DNA of 62,762 bases from Clostridiales bacterium (GCA_015055905.1 SVHI01000006.1:1-62762); one strand, 5' to 3'; shown: positions 10,118 to 20,447, numbered from the stretch's first letter. Notes: generated by a model not told the origin, from the sequence alone. Made by a program: numbers and translations.

Positions 10118-12292
10118 TTATAGGTGCAAAACTCTTTCTCTAATTTCTTGAGTTCTGCCTTGGTTCCAGAATTGTGAACCGATGTAGCCGCAAGTTCTTC
10201 TTGCAACGTTCATTTTTGTTTGGTCAGTGTTTCCACAGTTTGGACATTTCCAAATGAGTTTGGTGTCTTCTTCGTGGATTTGAATTTCGCCGTCATAACC
10301 GCAATTCATACAATAGTCTGATTTTGTGTTAAGTTCGGCATACATAATGTTGTCGTAGATAAATTTCATAACTTCCAAAACTGCAGGAATGTTGTTTTGC
10401 ATATTTGGAACTTCTACATAAGAAATAGCGCCACCAGGTGAAAGTGCTTGGAATTCACTTTCAAGTTTAAGTTTTGTGAATGCGTCAATTGGTTCTGTTA
10501 CGTGAACGTGATAACTGTTTGTGATGTAGTTCTTGTCAGTAACGCCTTCAATTACGCCAAATCTTTGTTGTAAACATTTTGAGAACTTGTATGTTGTTGA
10601 TTCAAGTGGTGTGCCGTATAATGAATAGTCAATATTTTCAGCTTCTTTCCACTTCTTTGTATACTCGTTGAGTTTTTTCATAATCTCAAGACCGAGTTCT
10701 TTGCCTTCTGGCTCAGTGAGTTTCTTTCCAGAAAGTGCATAAACTGTTTCCCAAAGACCTGCATAGCCAAGTGAAATGGTTGAGTAGCCTCCGTGAAGGA
10801 GTTTGTCGATTGTTTCGCCTGGTTTGAGTCTTGCGAGAGCGCCGTATTGCCAAAGGATTGGAGCGGCGTCTGAAGTTGTGCCTGAAAGTCTTTCGTGTCT
10901 GCATTGGAGACCTTTGTGACAAAGTTCCATTCTTTCATCAAAGATTTTCCAGAATTTTTCTAAGTTTCTGTCTGCTGAAAGGGCAATATCGATAAGGTTG
11001 ACAGTTACAACGCCTTGGTTGAAACGTCCATAATATTTTGCATTGCCGTTTTCGTCAACAAATGGTGTTAAGAAACTTCTGCAACCCATACAGGTGTAGC
11101 AGTGACCATCACCGTTTTTGTCAACTTTAAGTTCAAGCATTTTCTTTTCAGAAATATAGTCAGGAACCATACGTTTTGCTGTGCATTTTGCAGCAAGTTC
11201 TGTTAAATAGTAATATTCACTGTCTTCGTGAATGTTTTGTTCTTCCAAAACATAGATGAGTTTTGGGAATGCTGGGGTAATATAAACACCTTTTTGGTTC
11301 TTTACACCTTGAATTCTTTGTTTGAGTGTTTCCTCAATCATAATTGCAAGGTCTTTCTTTTCTTGTTCATTTCTTGCTTCGCCAAGATACATAAACACAG
11401 TGATGAATGGTGCTTGACCATTGGTTGTCATCAAAGTTACAACTTGGTATTGAATTGTTTGGATACCGCGGTTGATTTCTTCACGAACCTTTGATTCAAC
11501 GATTTGGTTTAATTGTTCTTCTGAAACATCAATTCCAAGTTCTTTGAATTCTTTTTCAGTGTTTTTTCTAAATTTCTTTCTAGAAACATCAACAAATGGT
11601 GCGAGGTGGGTGAGTGTGATTGATTGACCGCCATATTGGTTGCTGGCAACTTGCGCAATAATTTGTGTTGCAATGTTACAAGCGGTTGAGAATGAATGTG
11701 GTCTTTCAATCATTGTTCCAGAAATAACTGTTCCGTTTTGAAGCATATCTTCAAGGTTCACAAGGTCGCAGTTGTGCATTCTTTGTGCAAAATAGTCTGC
11801 GTCGTGGAAGTGGATAAGGCCTTCTTTGTGGGCTTTCCAAACTTCCTCAGGAACTAAGAATCTTTCGCAAAGGTCTTTTGAAACTTCACCAGCCATATAG
11901 TCTCTTTGAACAGAGTTGATAGTTGGGTTCTTGTTTGAGTTCTCTTGCTTAACTTCTTCGTTGTTGCAATCAATGAGCGATAAGATTTGCTTGTCGGTTG
12001 AGTTGTTCTTTCTTGCTAAGGCTCTTTGATAACGATAGGTGATATAGTTTCTAGCAACTTGAAAAGCACCTTGTTTCATAATTTGATTTTCAACCAAGTC
12101 TTGAACTTCTTCAACGGTTTCAGTTCTACGAGTTTTTTTGCAGTGTGCTTCCACATTTTTTGCAATCTCGTCGATTTGCTCGTCAGTAAGTCTTAACTTC
12201 TCGTCAACAGACAAATTTGCCTTTTTAACGGCATTAACAATCTTGTTGATATCGAAAACCTGTTCTTCTCCGCTCCTCTTGATAATTTTCAT
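10118..12292 (-). CDS. nrdD: Anaerobic (class III) ribonucleoside-triphosphate reductase
   Basis: N-terminal ATP cone, MGCRSFL, CxxC..CPNCG, RRTCGY glycyl-radical motif. Confidence 0.97.
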   Translation of the reverse strand: MKIIKRSGEEQVFDINKIVNAVKKANLSVDEKLRLTDEQIDEIAKNVEAHCKKTRRTETVEEVQDLVENQIMKQGAFQVARNYITYRYQRALARKNNSTDKQILSLIDCNNEEVKQENSNKNPTINSVQRDYMAGEVSKDLCERFLVPEEVWKAHKEGLIHFHDADYFAQRMHNCDLVNLEDMLQNGTVISGTMIERPHSFSTACNIATQIIAQVASNQYGGQSITLTHLAPFVDVSRKKFRKNTEKEFKELGIDVSEEQLNQIVESKVREEINRGIQTIQYQVVTLMTTNGQAPFITVFMYLGEARNEQEKKDLAIMIEETLKQRIQGVKNQKGVYITPAFPKLIYVLEEQNIHEDSEYYYLTELAAKCTAKRMVPDYISEKKMLELKVDKNGDGHCYTCMGCRSFLTPFVDENGNAKYYGRFNQGVVTVNLIDIALSADRNLEKFWKIFDERMELCHKGLQCRHERLSGTTSDAAPILWQYGALARLKPGETIDKLLHGGYSTISLGYAGLWETVYALSGKKLTEPEGKELGLEIMKKLNEYTKKWKEAENIDYSLYGTPLESTTYKFSKCLQQRFGVIEGVTDKNYITNSYHVHVTEPIDAFTKLKLESEFQALSPGGAISYVEVPNMQNNIPAVLEVMKFIYDNIMYAELNTKSDYCMNCGYDGEIQIHEEDTKLIWKCPNCGNTDQTKMNVARRTCGYIGSQFWNQGRTQEIRERVLHL

Positions 12293-12319
12293 AAGTTTGG
12301 TCCTCCTCCCGTGATTTTC

Positions 12320-12402
12320 ACACGAAATCTTGTGTTAGATTACGAGATTGATAATACAATATCTTGTGTTAGGTTTCAAGATAAACCAACCATATTTTGT
12401 GT
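12320..12402 (-). promoter_or_regulatory. Three NrdR-box-like palindromes
   Basis: Minus strand ACACAAGATTTCGTGT (12320-35), ACACAAGATATTGTAT (12354-69), ACACAAAATATGGTTG (12387-402). Confidence 0.7.
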
Positions 12403-12584
12403 TTTTTGGATATTTTGCATAAAAAATAAAAATTTTGAAAAACCCCCTATATTTTTGTTGCAAAAACCTAAACTTTGATAAATTAAGACTTTGAAAACAC
12501 TAATAGTTTACAAATTATAACAGTCTACCACTTGGATATAAAAATATTGAATAGTTTGGCTCGAAAATTTTAAATTTTGTTTAT

Positions 12585-12600
12585 AATCTATATATTGTGT
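12585..12600 (-). promoter_or_regulatory. Distal NrdR-box-like site
   Basis: Minus strand ACACAATATATAGATT, close to consensus acaCwAtATaTwGtg. Confidence 0.6.
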
Positions 12601-12742
12601 TTGTTTCGAGAAAGTTAAACTATAACCAGAAAATAAATTTTTTATTTTTAATTGACGCGTAACTTTATTTGATATTTTTTAATCTTTTACTTATAATAAA
12701 AATGTATAAGTATATTTAACTATTATATATAAGGAAAATCAT

Positions 12743-15220
12743 ATGAAGAAAAAAAGAATATTACTAAGTTTGTTTCTAATATTGTCGATATTCTGTTTTG
12801 CTGCGTGCAAAAAAGACCCTGACACAACAACACCACCAGTAACTCCGCCTCCTGTTGAAACTCCTGTTGAGCCAACAGGACCTGTTGACCCAACTCTTAA
12901 TGTTGGAATTTCAGGCGGAAAACACTATGTGGGTGACGTGCTTGAGGATATTGACATACACTTAACCGCTGGTGACTCTGCTGGAACCATTGCTTGGGAC
13001 AACCCTTCTTATGTTTTGGTTTTGGGTGAAAACTTGTGTTCTTGGACCTTTACCCCAGACGACGCAAACGCGTTTAACACAAAGTCAGGAACAAAGACCA
13101 TTGTTGCTGTCAATAGGGCAGCTGTTCCTGAAATTGAAGTTTCAGTTAATGAGGGAACATTCTATGAAGGTGAAAAACTTTCAGTGGTAACGCTTTCTTA
13201 CACCCCTAATTCAATCGAGGGAACACTTGCGTGGACAAATCCAAACACGGAACTTGTTGTTGGAACCCACGAATATGAATGGACATTTACTCCAGACGAC
13301 ACTGATGCCTATGAAGTTGTGACAGGAACTGCTGAAGTTGAGGTTTCTGCACAATATTTAACATCGATTGAAATTAAAACCAACCCAACACAAATGACTG
13401 GTTATGAAGCATTTGAGACTCTTGACCAAACTGGTTTGACACTTGAACTTATTTATAATAAAGGAAAAAATGAAACAATAACCAGTGGTTGGGAAATTTC
13501 TTATAGCACAGGTGAAACTCTTGTTGCTGGAAGCAATTTGGTCACAATCACTTATCAAGAAAAAACTTGCACACTTGAAGTTAATGATGTTGCAAAGATT
13601 GAAGTTGCTGAGCCAACATTTAAAACAAAAACATATACAGGTGACCCATTACCTGTTGAAATTGAAACAAATGCATCAGCTCACTATTCGTATGATGAGG
13701 AACTTTCATTCACAAATGCAAATATGGCAGGACACCTCGTTGATGTTTCACTTGTTGACCCATCAAACTACGAATGGAAAACAGAAGAAAACAAATCAAA
13801 AACAACAATTCAAGTTCCATTTGTTATCAATAAAATTGCATTGGTTGTTACTGAAAAAGACTATAACAAGCCTTATGATGGCGAAGAACACGCTGCAACG
13901 GTTGAAGCCGATGGCGCTGAAACAATATATTATGCAACAACAGTGCTAAATAAGGATAACTATTCTTTGGTTGGTTCAACTGCAGAAATTAAATATAAAA
14001 ATGTTATTGCCGACGTCGTAATTTATTATTATATTGTTGGTGATGTTAACCACTTTGATGCTAGCGGAAGTTTGACTCTTAACATCACAAAACAACAAGC
14101 AAGATTTGCGTCAAACTATTGCTATGCAGTTGCAACAGGTGATGTTATCGAATATCCAGAAGAATATATTCAGCTTGTTAACGATAATGGTGATGAAGTT
14201 GAATTGCAAACTTCGCCAACCATCACTTATTATGCAGATGCTGCGAATCAAATCTTAACAAACAAGATTAATCACGGAAGTGCTTACGCCGGTGGTGCTC
14301 CATCTGAACCAAGTGAGGGAACACCTTATGCTGTTTTGATTGAATATTCAGACGATAACTATAACGCATCAACATTCGTTTATCTTTATATTGAATATGA
14401 CGATAATATGTTCTATGCATCTGGAAAAGAGGATACGTTTGCGTTTAAGTATAATCCAGTTGAATATGGTTCAACTGAACTTTGCACCTATTATGCAGAG
14501 TTCTATCTTCAAGAAAATGCAACTCTTGGTATTACTGAAATTGCTTGCAACTTTAAAATGGGTTCAGGCACCGAGAACAACAAGACAGGCGTTATTATCT
14601 ATAAAGATGGCGGTTATATGCTTGTTGATAGCGAAGGCAACACAACTGCTGTTGTTGCAAATGAAGAAGATTCAACAATCACAATCACAAATGGAAACAT
14701 TCTTCTTGAAAAATGGGTTATTCCAGATTATTTAGGAACTTATTCAGGTCAAACAATCGCTGATGATGCAACCCAAGAAGATGGCAGTGAATATGCAAAC
14801 AAATTCACATCAATTAGACTCTATAACCACTATGGCACAATTAGATTTGAACTTAACTATAATATGGCGGTTGTGACAATTCAGTCAAAGGTGCCTTGGG
14901 AACCAACAAAAACTTATGGTGGTTCTGGAACAAAGAGTGGTGTTGTTGAATATAGTGGAATCGTAACATCTTCAGGATTAAAACAAGAACTTGTTTTCTA
15001 CTGGACAACAAGTGAATATAGAAAATCGGGTGACAATGAGTATTTCTATCTTAGATGGGCTGCATACACTGGTTCAACTGCAGATACCCCTTTGGTTGAA
15101 GACCCACAATCTATGGTGTTTGAAGGTGGTTCAATCGCAACTGAATTGTATTTTGCAGAGTTAGCAGAAGCTGAACATTTAACACTTGATGTAACATACA
15201 CAAAACAAACAGAAGAATAA
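12743..15220 (+). CDS. Large lipoprotein with Ig-like/adhesin-type repeats
   Basis: Lipobox FAAC, Pro-rich linker, duplicated GT(I/L)AWxNP..WTFTPDD repeat, Ig-like segment LTSIEIKTNP..GLTLELIY. Confidence 0.75.
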   Translation: MKKKRILLSLFLILSIFCFAACKKDPDTTTPPVTPPPVETPVEPTGPVDPTLNVGISGGKHYVGDVLEDIDIHLTAGDSAGTIAWDNPSYVLVLGENLCSWTFTPDDANAFNTKSGTKTIVAVNRAAVPEIEVSVNEGTFYEGEKLSVVTLSYTPNSIEGTLAWTNPNTELVVGTHEYEWTFTPDDTDAYEVVTGTAEVEVSAQYLTSIEIKTNPTQMTGYEAFETLDQTGLTLELIYNKGKNETITSGWEISYSTGETLVAGSNLVTITYQEKTCTLEVNDVAKIEVAEPTFKTKTYTGDPLPVEIETNASAHYSYDEELSFTNANMAGHLVDVSLVDPSNYEWKTEENKSKTTIQVPFVINKIALVVTEKDYNKPYDGEEHAATVEADGAETIYYATTVLNKDNYSLVGSTAEIKYKNVIADVVIYYYIVGDVNHFDASGSLTLNITKQQARFASNYCYAVATGDVIEYPEEYIQLVNDNGDEVELQTSPTITYYADAANQILTNKINHGSAYAGGAPSEPSEGTPYAVLIEYSDDNYNASTFVYLYIEYDDNMFYASGKEDTFAFKYNPVEYGSTELCTYYAEFYLQENATLGITEIACNFKMGSGTENNKTGVIIYKDGGYMLVDSEGNTTAVVANEEDSTITITNGNILLEKWVIPDYLGTYSGQTIADDATQEDGSEYANKFTSIRLYNHYGTIRFELNYNMAVVTIQSKVPWEPTKTYGGSGTKSGVVEYSGIVTSSGLKQELVFYWTTSEYRKSGDNEYFYLRWAAYTGSTADTPLVEDPQSMVFEGGSIATELYFAELAEAEHLTLDVTYTKQTEE

Positions 15221-15260
15221 GAAAAAGACAGGCTTAAACCTGTCTTTTTTTGTTGTTTGA

Positions 15261-15995
15261 TTAATATCTTGCGACTCCGCCAGTAACCGAAAGAACCTCG
15301 CCTGTGATAAATCCGCTTTCTTCGCTTGCAAGGAAATAGATTGAATTTGCAACATCTGCAGGGGTGCCAATTCTGTCGAGTGGGGTTGAGTCAATGATGC
15401 AGTCTTTGTCAACATCGGTGAGATTGCTGGTCATTTTTGTTTCAATGCAACCAGGTGCAACAGCGTTAACTCTAACAAATGGTGCTGACTCAACTGAAAG
15501 TGATTTTGTTAGCCCGATAATACCTGCTTTGCAAGCGGAATAAACTGATTCAAGGCTTCCACCACTTATGCCATAGATTGATGAAACATTAACGATTGAG
15601 CCGTGTTTTTGTTCCATAAAATACTTTAAAATGGCTTTGTTGAAAAGGATTGTTCCTCTAAGGTTGATGTTTATAATTTCGTCGATTGTTTCAGTTGGTT
15701 TGTCAATGAGCATTTGAACAGGTTCTGCTCTGCCAGCGCAAGCAACAAAAGCGTCAACATATTCAAATTCCTTAAAAACCGAACCTAAAAATGAGATAAT
15801 ATTGCTTTCATTGGTTTGGTCACAAGGCAGCGCCAAAACTTCAATGTTGTATGATTTTAGTTTTTCAATAAATTCTGTATCAAAGGTGCTAAGATATGTG
15901 AGGGCGATGTTATATCCGTTTTGAGCGAATTTTTCAGCGGTTGCTTTGCCGATATCACCAAAACCACCTGAAATAATAACACTTTTTCTAATCAT
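15261..15995 (-). CDS. SDR family oxidoreductase (FabG-like)
   Basis: SGGFGDIG, NVSS, YSACK, RVNAVAPG; RBS GGAGG before ATG 15995. Confidence 0.88.
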   Translation of the reverse strand: MIRKSVIISGGFGDIGKATAEKFAQNGYNIALTYLSTFDTEFIEKLKSYNIEVLALPCDQTNESNIISFLGSVFKEFEYVDAFVACAGRAEPVQMLIDKPTETIDEIININLRGTILFNKAILKYFMEQKHGSIVNVSSIYGISGGSLESVYSACKAGIIGLTKSLSVESAPFVRVNAVAPGCIETKMTSNLTDVDKDCIIDSTPLDRIGTPADVANSIYFLASEESGFITGEVLSVTGGVARY

Positions 15996-16560
15996 TTTTT
16001 CCTCCAATAAGGTTGATGTTTTTTATGAGTGAAGCAAAATCTATTTCATTTGTGCTATCAAGAATGATATCAAATGAAAAATCGTTGTAATCATTTATTG
16101 AACTGTCTCTTTTTTCAAAATATTCTTTTGAGATGTTTTCTCTCAAATTTACTCTTTTGAAGCGTTCTTCAAATGTAGAATTGAGCAAAATTTTAACATC
16201 TATTGAGTCAAATTGCTTGAGCCAAGGCAAAAGGGCATAGTCTAAAATTACAGTCTTTTTTGAACTATTTATAATCTCATCAATCTCAAGTTCCATTTGT
16301 GTTTGACAAAAACTATTGAGTTTATCAAGTTTTTCTTTATTGTTAAAAACAATGGCTCCAAGTTTTTTTCGATTAAGGGCACCGTTATCAAAAACACCTT
16401 CGCCAAATTCGTTTCTTACAAATTCAAGAGTCTTTTCTTCAAGCAAAACGCCGTGAGAAATTTTGTCAATATCAACGTGAATTGCGTCAAGAGAATCTTT
16501 TAATTTTTCAGATAAATAACTTTTCCCAGAACCTGATTTTCCTGTTATTCCAATAACCAT
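15988..16560 (-). CDS. coaE: Dephospho-CoA kinase
   Basis: IGITGKSGSGKS P-loop, DIDKISH, LNRKKLGAIVF. Confidence 0.9.
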   Translation of the reverse strand: MVIGITGKSGSGKSYLSEKLKDSLDAIHVDIDKISHGVLLEEKTLEFVRNEFGEGVFDNGALNRKKLGAIVFNNKEKLDKLNSFCQTQMELEIDEIINSSKKTVILDYALLPWLKQFDSIDVKILLNSTFEERFKRVNLRENISKEYFEKRDSSINDYNDFSFDIILDSTNEIDFASLIKNINLIGGKND

Positions 16561-16683
16561 AAAATTTTTCCTTTTTACAAAGTTTATTTTAGCACCCTTT
16601 TTGCGTGATGGCAACACAATAAAATAATTTATTTGTTGCGTTATATAAAAAAATAGTATAAAATGAATGTAAGTGGTGATATT

Positions 16684-17328
16684 ATGAAAATTTTATTAAA
16701 GAAAGAAAATGTTAAATTATTATTATCTGCTATCATTTATTTGGTTTTAGGCGTGCTATTTTGCGTTTTTTTAGGCCAAATGGTTGATTTTGCAGAAACA
16801 GCCATCTGCTTTGTGTTTTTGGTAGTTGGCGCAGTGCTTTTGGTGGTTTATGGGCTATTGCCTGCTGACGGAAAGATTTACCAAGTGCTAATTTATGGTA
16901 TTGTTGGCTTGGTTTTGGGTCTTTTAATTTTAATGGTTAGAATGTTCTTTATTATTGCACTTTCAGCGCTCATTGCCTATGGCGGAATTCAATCAATTAT
17001 GAATTCAGTTAAACTCAAAAAGCAAGGTGGAAAGTGGAAAGGTGAACTTATTGTTGGTTCGGTTATTGTTGCGCTTGCAATAGTTGTTATCATTTTAAAC
17101 GGAACAAGCACCGCAAGAAATATTATCGCAATTTTCTTGGGCGTGACATTTTTGATTGAAACTGCTTTTGAAATTTACGCGATTGTTAAATTGTTGATGC
17201 TTGAAAAAGCCAAAGCAAAAGAACTTCAAGAAACAGCTGAAATTCAAGAGACACAAGAAGTGCAAGAGGTTCAAGCAGCTGAACAAACACAAGAGGTTCA
17301 AGTGGCACAAGAGCCTGTTAATGAATAA
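16684..17328 (+). CDS. DUF308/HdeD-like membrane protein with Gln/Glu-rich tail
   Basis: About six TM helices; QEVQ low-complexity tail. Confidence 0.6.
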   Translation: MKILLKKENVKLLLSAIIYLVLGVLFCVFLGQMVDFAETAICFVFLVVGAVLLVVYGLLPADGKIYQVLIYGIVGLVLGLLILMVRMFFIIALSALIAYGGIQSIMNSVKLKKQGGKWKGELIVGSVIVALAIVVIILNGTSTARNIIAIFLGVTFLIETAFEIYAIVKLLMLEKAKAKELQETAEIQETQEVQEVQAAEQTQEVQVAQEPVNE

Positions 17329-17362
17329 ACCAAATAACGAAATCTAAAATAGGAGGCGAGAT

Positions 17363-18202
17363 ATGCAAAATACTGATAGAGAAACTGCTCGCAAAGAGGT
17401 TGTTGGCAAAATTGACGGCAAACCTTATTATTATATTGACTCAAGCATAATTATTATTTTGCAACGTCTTGATGAATATATTGCGGCTGGCAGCACTGAA
17501 GAAGAACTCATTGCGTTTATGACAAAAAATAATCGTATGAATGAGGCTGGTGCGAAAGATTTGTTAAAAAAATATCATCTTAATCAAAAAGGTGAACTCA
17601 TTTTTTGTATAACACCAACCGTTTATAGAGAAACTATGCTTGATGCAAGAATCAAAGTAACTAGAGATTTTGTTAGAAACAACTGCAGGTTGGCAATGCC
17701 AAATATGAATCTTGCTCAGTTTGCAAATCTTGTAAAAACCATTGCGATTGAGTTTGAAGAGGCTAAGTCAAAAAACGGGCACAAGGGCTTGGCTCCTGAA
17801 ATTAAAAAAGAAACAGGGGTTGACGATAATCTTGAAGATAGAACAATACTTGCCGAGGCGGTTGCGTTCTCATTGATTGGGAAAAAAAATGTCAGGTTCT
17901 TAACCTGTGGCAGAAGCAAATCAAAAGTTAGAGAAAATGACAATGAAGTTATTTCTCTTGGTAAAAAGTATAGACAATGCCAAGTAAACTATGGAAGAAG
18001 TTTTCCTGAACTTAGGCGAGGTGAAGATGTTGTTAGTGTGTTTATGCACTCAAATCACAACGATTTTGGTGATAGCACTAGGGATAGCAAAGATGTTAGG
18101 GAGGTTTCGTTTAAAGTTAAACAAATTATAGAAAAGATTTTAAACGGAAAATCAAAACTAAATATATTAACCCCAGATGAAGTTGAAAAAGGTGGATTTT
18201 AA
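17363..18202 (+). CDS. Enlarged PIN-like nuclease-domain protein, copy 1
   Basis: YYIDSSII, CITPTVYRE, NLEDRTILAEA, FLT, SNHNDF, ILTPDE follow PIN motif order; RBS AGGAGG. Confidence 0.6.
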   Translation: MQNTDRETARKEVVGKIDGKPYYYIDSSIIIILQRLDEYIAAGSTEEELIAFMTKNNRMNEAGAKDLLKKYHLNQKGELIFCITPTVYRETMLDARIKVTRDFVRNNCRLAMPNMNLAQFANLVKTIAIEFEEAKSKNGHKGLAPEIKKETGVDDNLEDRTILAEAVAFSLIGKKNVRFLTCGRSKSKVRENDNEVISLGKKYRQCQVNYGRSFPELRRGEDVVSVFMHSNHNDFGDSTRDSKDVREVSFKVKQIIEKILNGKSKLNILTPDEVEKGGF

Positions 18203-18213
18203 GGAGGTTTGTT

Positions 18214-18426
18214 ATGGATAAAGAAAAGATTGAGGATATGGCTAACGAATATGAAAACGAACTCGAAAAACTTGAGGAAATTCGTGCAGAAAATGCTGCA
18301 AGATATGAAGGGCTTTCAGATGATGAGTTTGTGAGACAACTTGCTGCTGATTATGAGGCTATTTATAAAGACGCTATTGATGAAGACATCAACATCGACA
18401 TTGTTATGCCTGATGAAGAAGAATAA
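18214..18426 (+). CDS. Small acidic helical protein, partner of PIN-like copy 1
   Basis: 70 aa, very D/E rich, RBS AAGGAGG overlapping the upstream stop; homologous to 20124-20330. Confidence 0.75.
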   Translation: MDKEKIEDMANEYENELEKLEEIRAENAARYEGLSDDEFVRQLAADYEAIYKDAIDEDINIDIVMPDEEE

Positions 18427-18429
18427 AAT

Positions 18430-18460
18430 AAAAATCACGAGGATTTCCTCGTGATTTTTT
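18430..18460. terminator. Bidirectional terminator
   Basis: AAAAATCACGAGGA-tt-TCCTCGTGATTTTT. Confidence 0.85.
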
Positions 18461-19091
18461 ATTCTTCGTCTTCTTCATAATAGTCGCCGATTCCGTAGTC
18501 CCTTTGAATTTTTTGACTATATTTTTTAACGTGAACTTTTGCGTTAATGAGTCTGTAACAACGAATGATTTGCCTTTTTAATGTTCGACGGTCACTAATC
18601 AAGATTTCGAGTCCGTCCCAAGCAAACACCCAACCAGCAACATCAATGAGCATACCGATTGCGCCATAGTCTGACAAGTGGAAAATAATTTCTAAAAACA
18701 ACAATGCTAAGCCAAAAATAAGCCAAACAAGACCGAAAGTTGTTTTTCTTCTAAGTTTCTCTTTTAAGATGACAACCTTTTCTGCGTTGTGGCGTTTTAC
18801 GGCTTTGCGGATTCTTTGTTTTTCTTCGTTTGATGTGGTTTCTTCTGTGTGAATGTCGATTGTTATCTCATCATTCACTGGAATGCCTGAAGCACAAGTG
18901 TCGATATAGTCAGCAACTTGTTCATTCATAAGTTCATAGGTTAAGTATGAATATGGCGAGAAGAATTCGTCTGCTTCTCTTAGTCCCACATAAATTTGCG
19001 CCCTGCCGTCTTTGTCATAGTCAACATACTTTGCTTCCTTCATAACAGGGTGCTTTTTTGCTTTTTTAATTTGCTCTTTTAAACTGCTCAT
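18459..19091 (-). CDS. Hypothetical two-TM membrane protein
   Basis: FFSPYS..VADYID N-domain, two TM helices ending GWVFAWDG. Confidence 0.75.
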   Translation of the reverse strand: MSSLKEQIKKAKKHPVMKEAKYVDYDKDGRAQIYVGLREADEFFSPYSYLTYELMNEQVADYIDTCASGIPVNDEITIDIHTEETTSNEEKQRIRKAVKRHNAEKVVILKEKLRRKTTFGLVWLIFGLALLFLEIIFHLSDYGAIGMLIDVAGWVFAWDGLEILISDRRTLKRQIIRCYRLINAKVHVKKYSQKIQRDYGIGDYYEEDEE

Positions 19092-19167
19092 AATACCTCT
19101 TTTCAGCTGTGATTATACACCAAATTTGTGCAAATTGCAATAAATATTGGAAATATTAAAATGCATA

Positions 19168-19196
19168 TTGACACTACATTTTTCAAGTGATATGAT
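19168..19196 (+). promoter_or_regulatory. Sigma-A promoter of PIN-like module 2
   Basis: TTGACA-17bp-TATGAT with extended TG. Confidence 0.7.
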
Positions 19197-19225
19197 GGAA
19201 GTAACAAAAGAGGGAGGGGGAGTTA

Positions 19226-20113
19226 ATGTCGCACAAGAAACACAGAATGTATAATGATTCTGAAAAGAATCGCGGCTCGCATGTGTTTAGCTTGAATGAC
19301 GAATTTACAAATGAGGTTCCAACATATTTCTTAGATTCAGGTGTTGTTATCACTTACGCCAACATCGAAGAATGGGAAATGTATGGTGCCACGGATGAGG
19401 ATATCATCCAGTTGATGGTTAAAGGTAATCCATCAAATATTAATGAAGAGACAGCAAGGGTGTTGTTAGAACGCTATCGTCTCAACAAAGAAGGCAAGTG
19501 TGCTTTCTGTATTCCGCCAGCAGTTTATAAAGAAACTATGTATGACGGGGGAGGTCGTTTCCCTAAAACACGCAAATTTGTTACTGAGAATTGTTTTGTT
19601 GCATTCCCTAACATACCATTTGAACAATTCGCAGAACTTACTGCAGGTCTTGAGAAGGCACTTAGAGGTGCTAAGTCCTCTGACGGCTATTATGGTCTCA
19701 ACCCTGAATTTAAAAAGAATAAAAAAGGCAAACGCTATGATGCAAACTTTGAAGACCGTTTGATTTTGGCGCAAATCGCAGTCATTGCACTTCTTGGTAG
19801 AAAGAATGTCAGATTTGTTAGTTGTGCTCAACCAAATCAGGCTCAAAATGAACAACAATCGCTTGACCTTTATGGCAAAACTCAAAAATTGAGTGAAATC
19901 AAAATGCCAAGACCATCTCGTGAGGGATATGGTCCAGGTTCGCACGAAATCTTTATGCAAATTAACGGCAAGGATTTTGGTGATAGAACAAAGGGCAACA
20001 ACGGAATGAGACAAGTTTCATTCTTGATTGAAGAAATTGTTGAAAAATATCTCAACGGTCAAGCACAAGTTAGTGTTGTGACTCCAGATGAACTTGGAAG
20101 AAGAGAATTATAA
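19226..20113 (+). CDS. Enlarged PIN-like nuclease-domain protein, copy 2
   Basis: YFLDSGVV, CIPPAVYKE, NFEDRLILAQ, INGKDF, VVTPDE; colinear paralog of 17363-18202. Confidence 0.6.
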   Translation: MSHKKHRMYNDSEKNRGSHVFSLNDEFTNEVPTYFLDSGVVITYANIEEWEMYGATDEDIIQLMVKGNPSNINEETARVLLERYRLNKEGKCAFCIPPAVYKETMYDGGGRFPKTRKFVTENCFVAFPNIPFEQFAELTAGLEKALRGAKSSDGYYGLNPEFKKNKKGKRYDANFEDRLILAQIAVIALLGRKNVRFVSCAQPNQAQNEQQSLDLYGKTQKLSEIKMPRPSREGYGPGSHEIFMQINGKDFGDRTKGNNGMRQVSFLIEEIVEKYLNGQAQVSVVTPDELGRREL

Positions 20114-20123
20114 GGAGACTTTA

Positions 20124-20330
20124 ATGGATAAAGAATTGTTTGAAAAGTTGCTTAAGGGCTATCAAAGTGACCTTGCTCAACTTGACGAAATCAAAGAAGA
20201 AAACGCTGAATATTATTCTTCTCTTAGTGATGAAGATTTGATTGACGTTATCGCTGGCGATATGGCAGATGTTTATAACGATGCTTCAGAGCAAGGCGCA
20301 ACAATTGGAGAAGTTCCAACAAGAGAATAA
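20124..20330 (+). CDS. Small acidic helical protein, partner of PIN-like copy 2
   Basis: 68 aa from ATG 20124 (RBS AAGGAG); MDKE..Y..L..L(D/E)EI..ENA..Y..LSD pattern shared with 18214. Confidence 0.75.
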   Translation: MDKELFEKLLKGYQSDLAQLDEIKEENAEYYSSLSDEDLIDVIAGDMADVYNDASEQGATIGEVPTRE

Positions 20331-20335
20331 ATTTT

Positions 20336-20364
20336 AGACACGCCCCACTTGGGCGTGTTTTTTT
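20336..20364 (+). terminator. Intrinsic terminator
   Basis: AGACACGCCC-cactt-GGGCGTGTTT plus T tract. Confidence 0.8.
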
Positions 20365-20447
20365 GTGCAAAAATTTTGTCAGCGTTAAGCCCAAGTTGTA
20401 GTCTAGAGGGGTTATGATATTTATGATAGAAATCAAAAGGAGAAACT

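Noticed and set aside
17220-17325. CAAGA(A/G) repeats as CRISPR or VNTR
   Set aside because: Degenerate codons of a QEVQ low-complexity tail; no spacers
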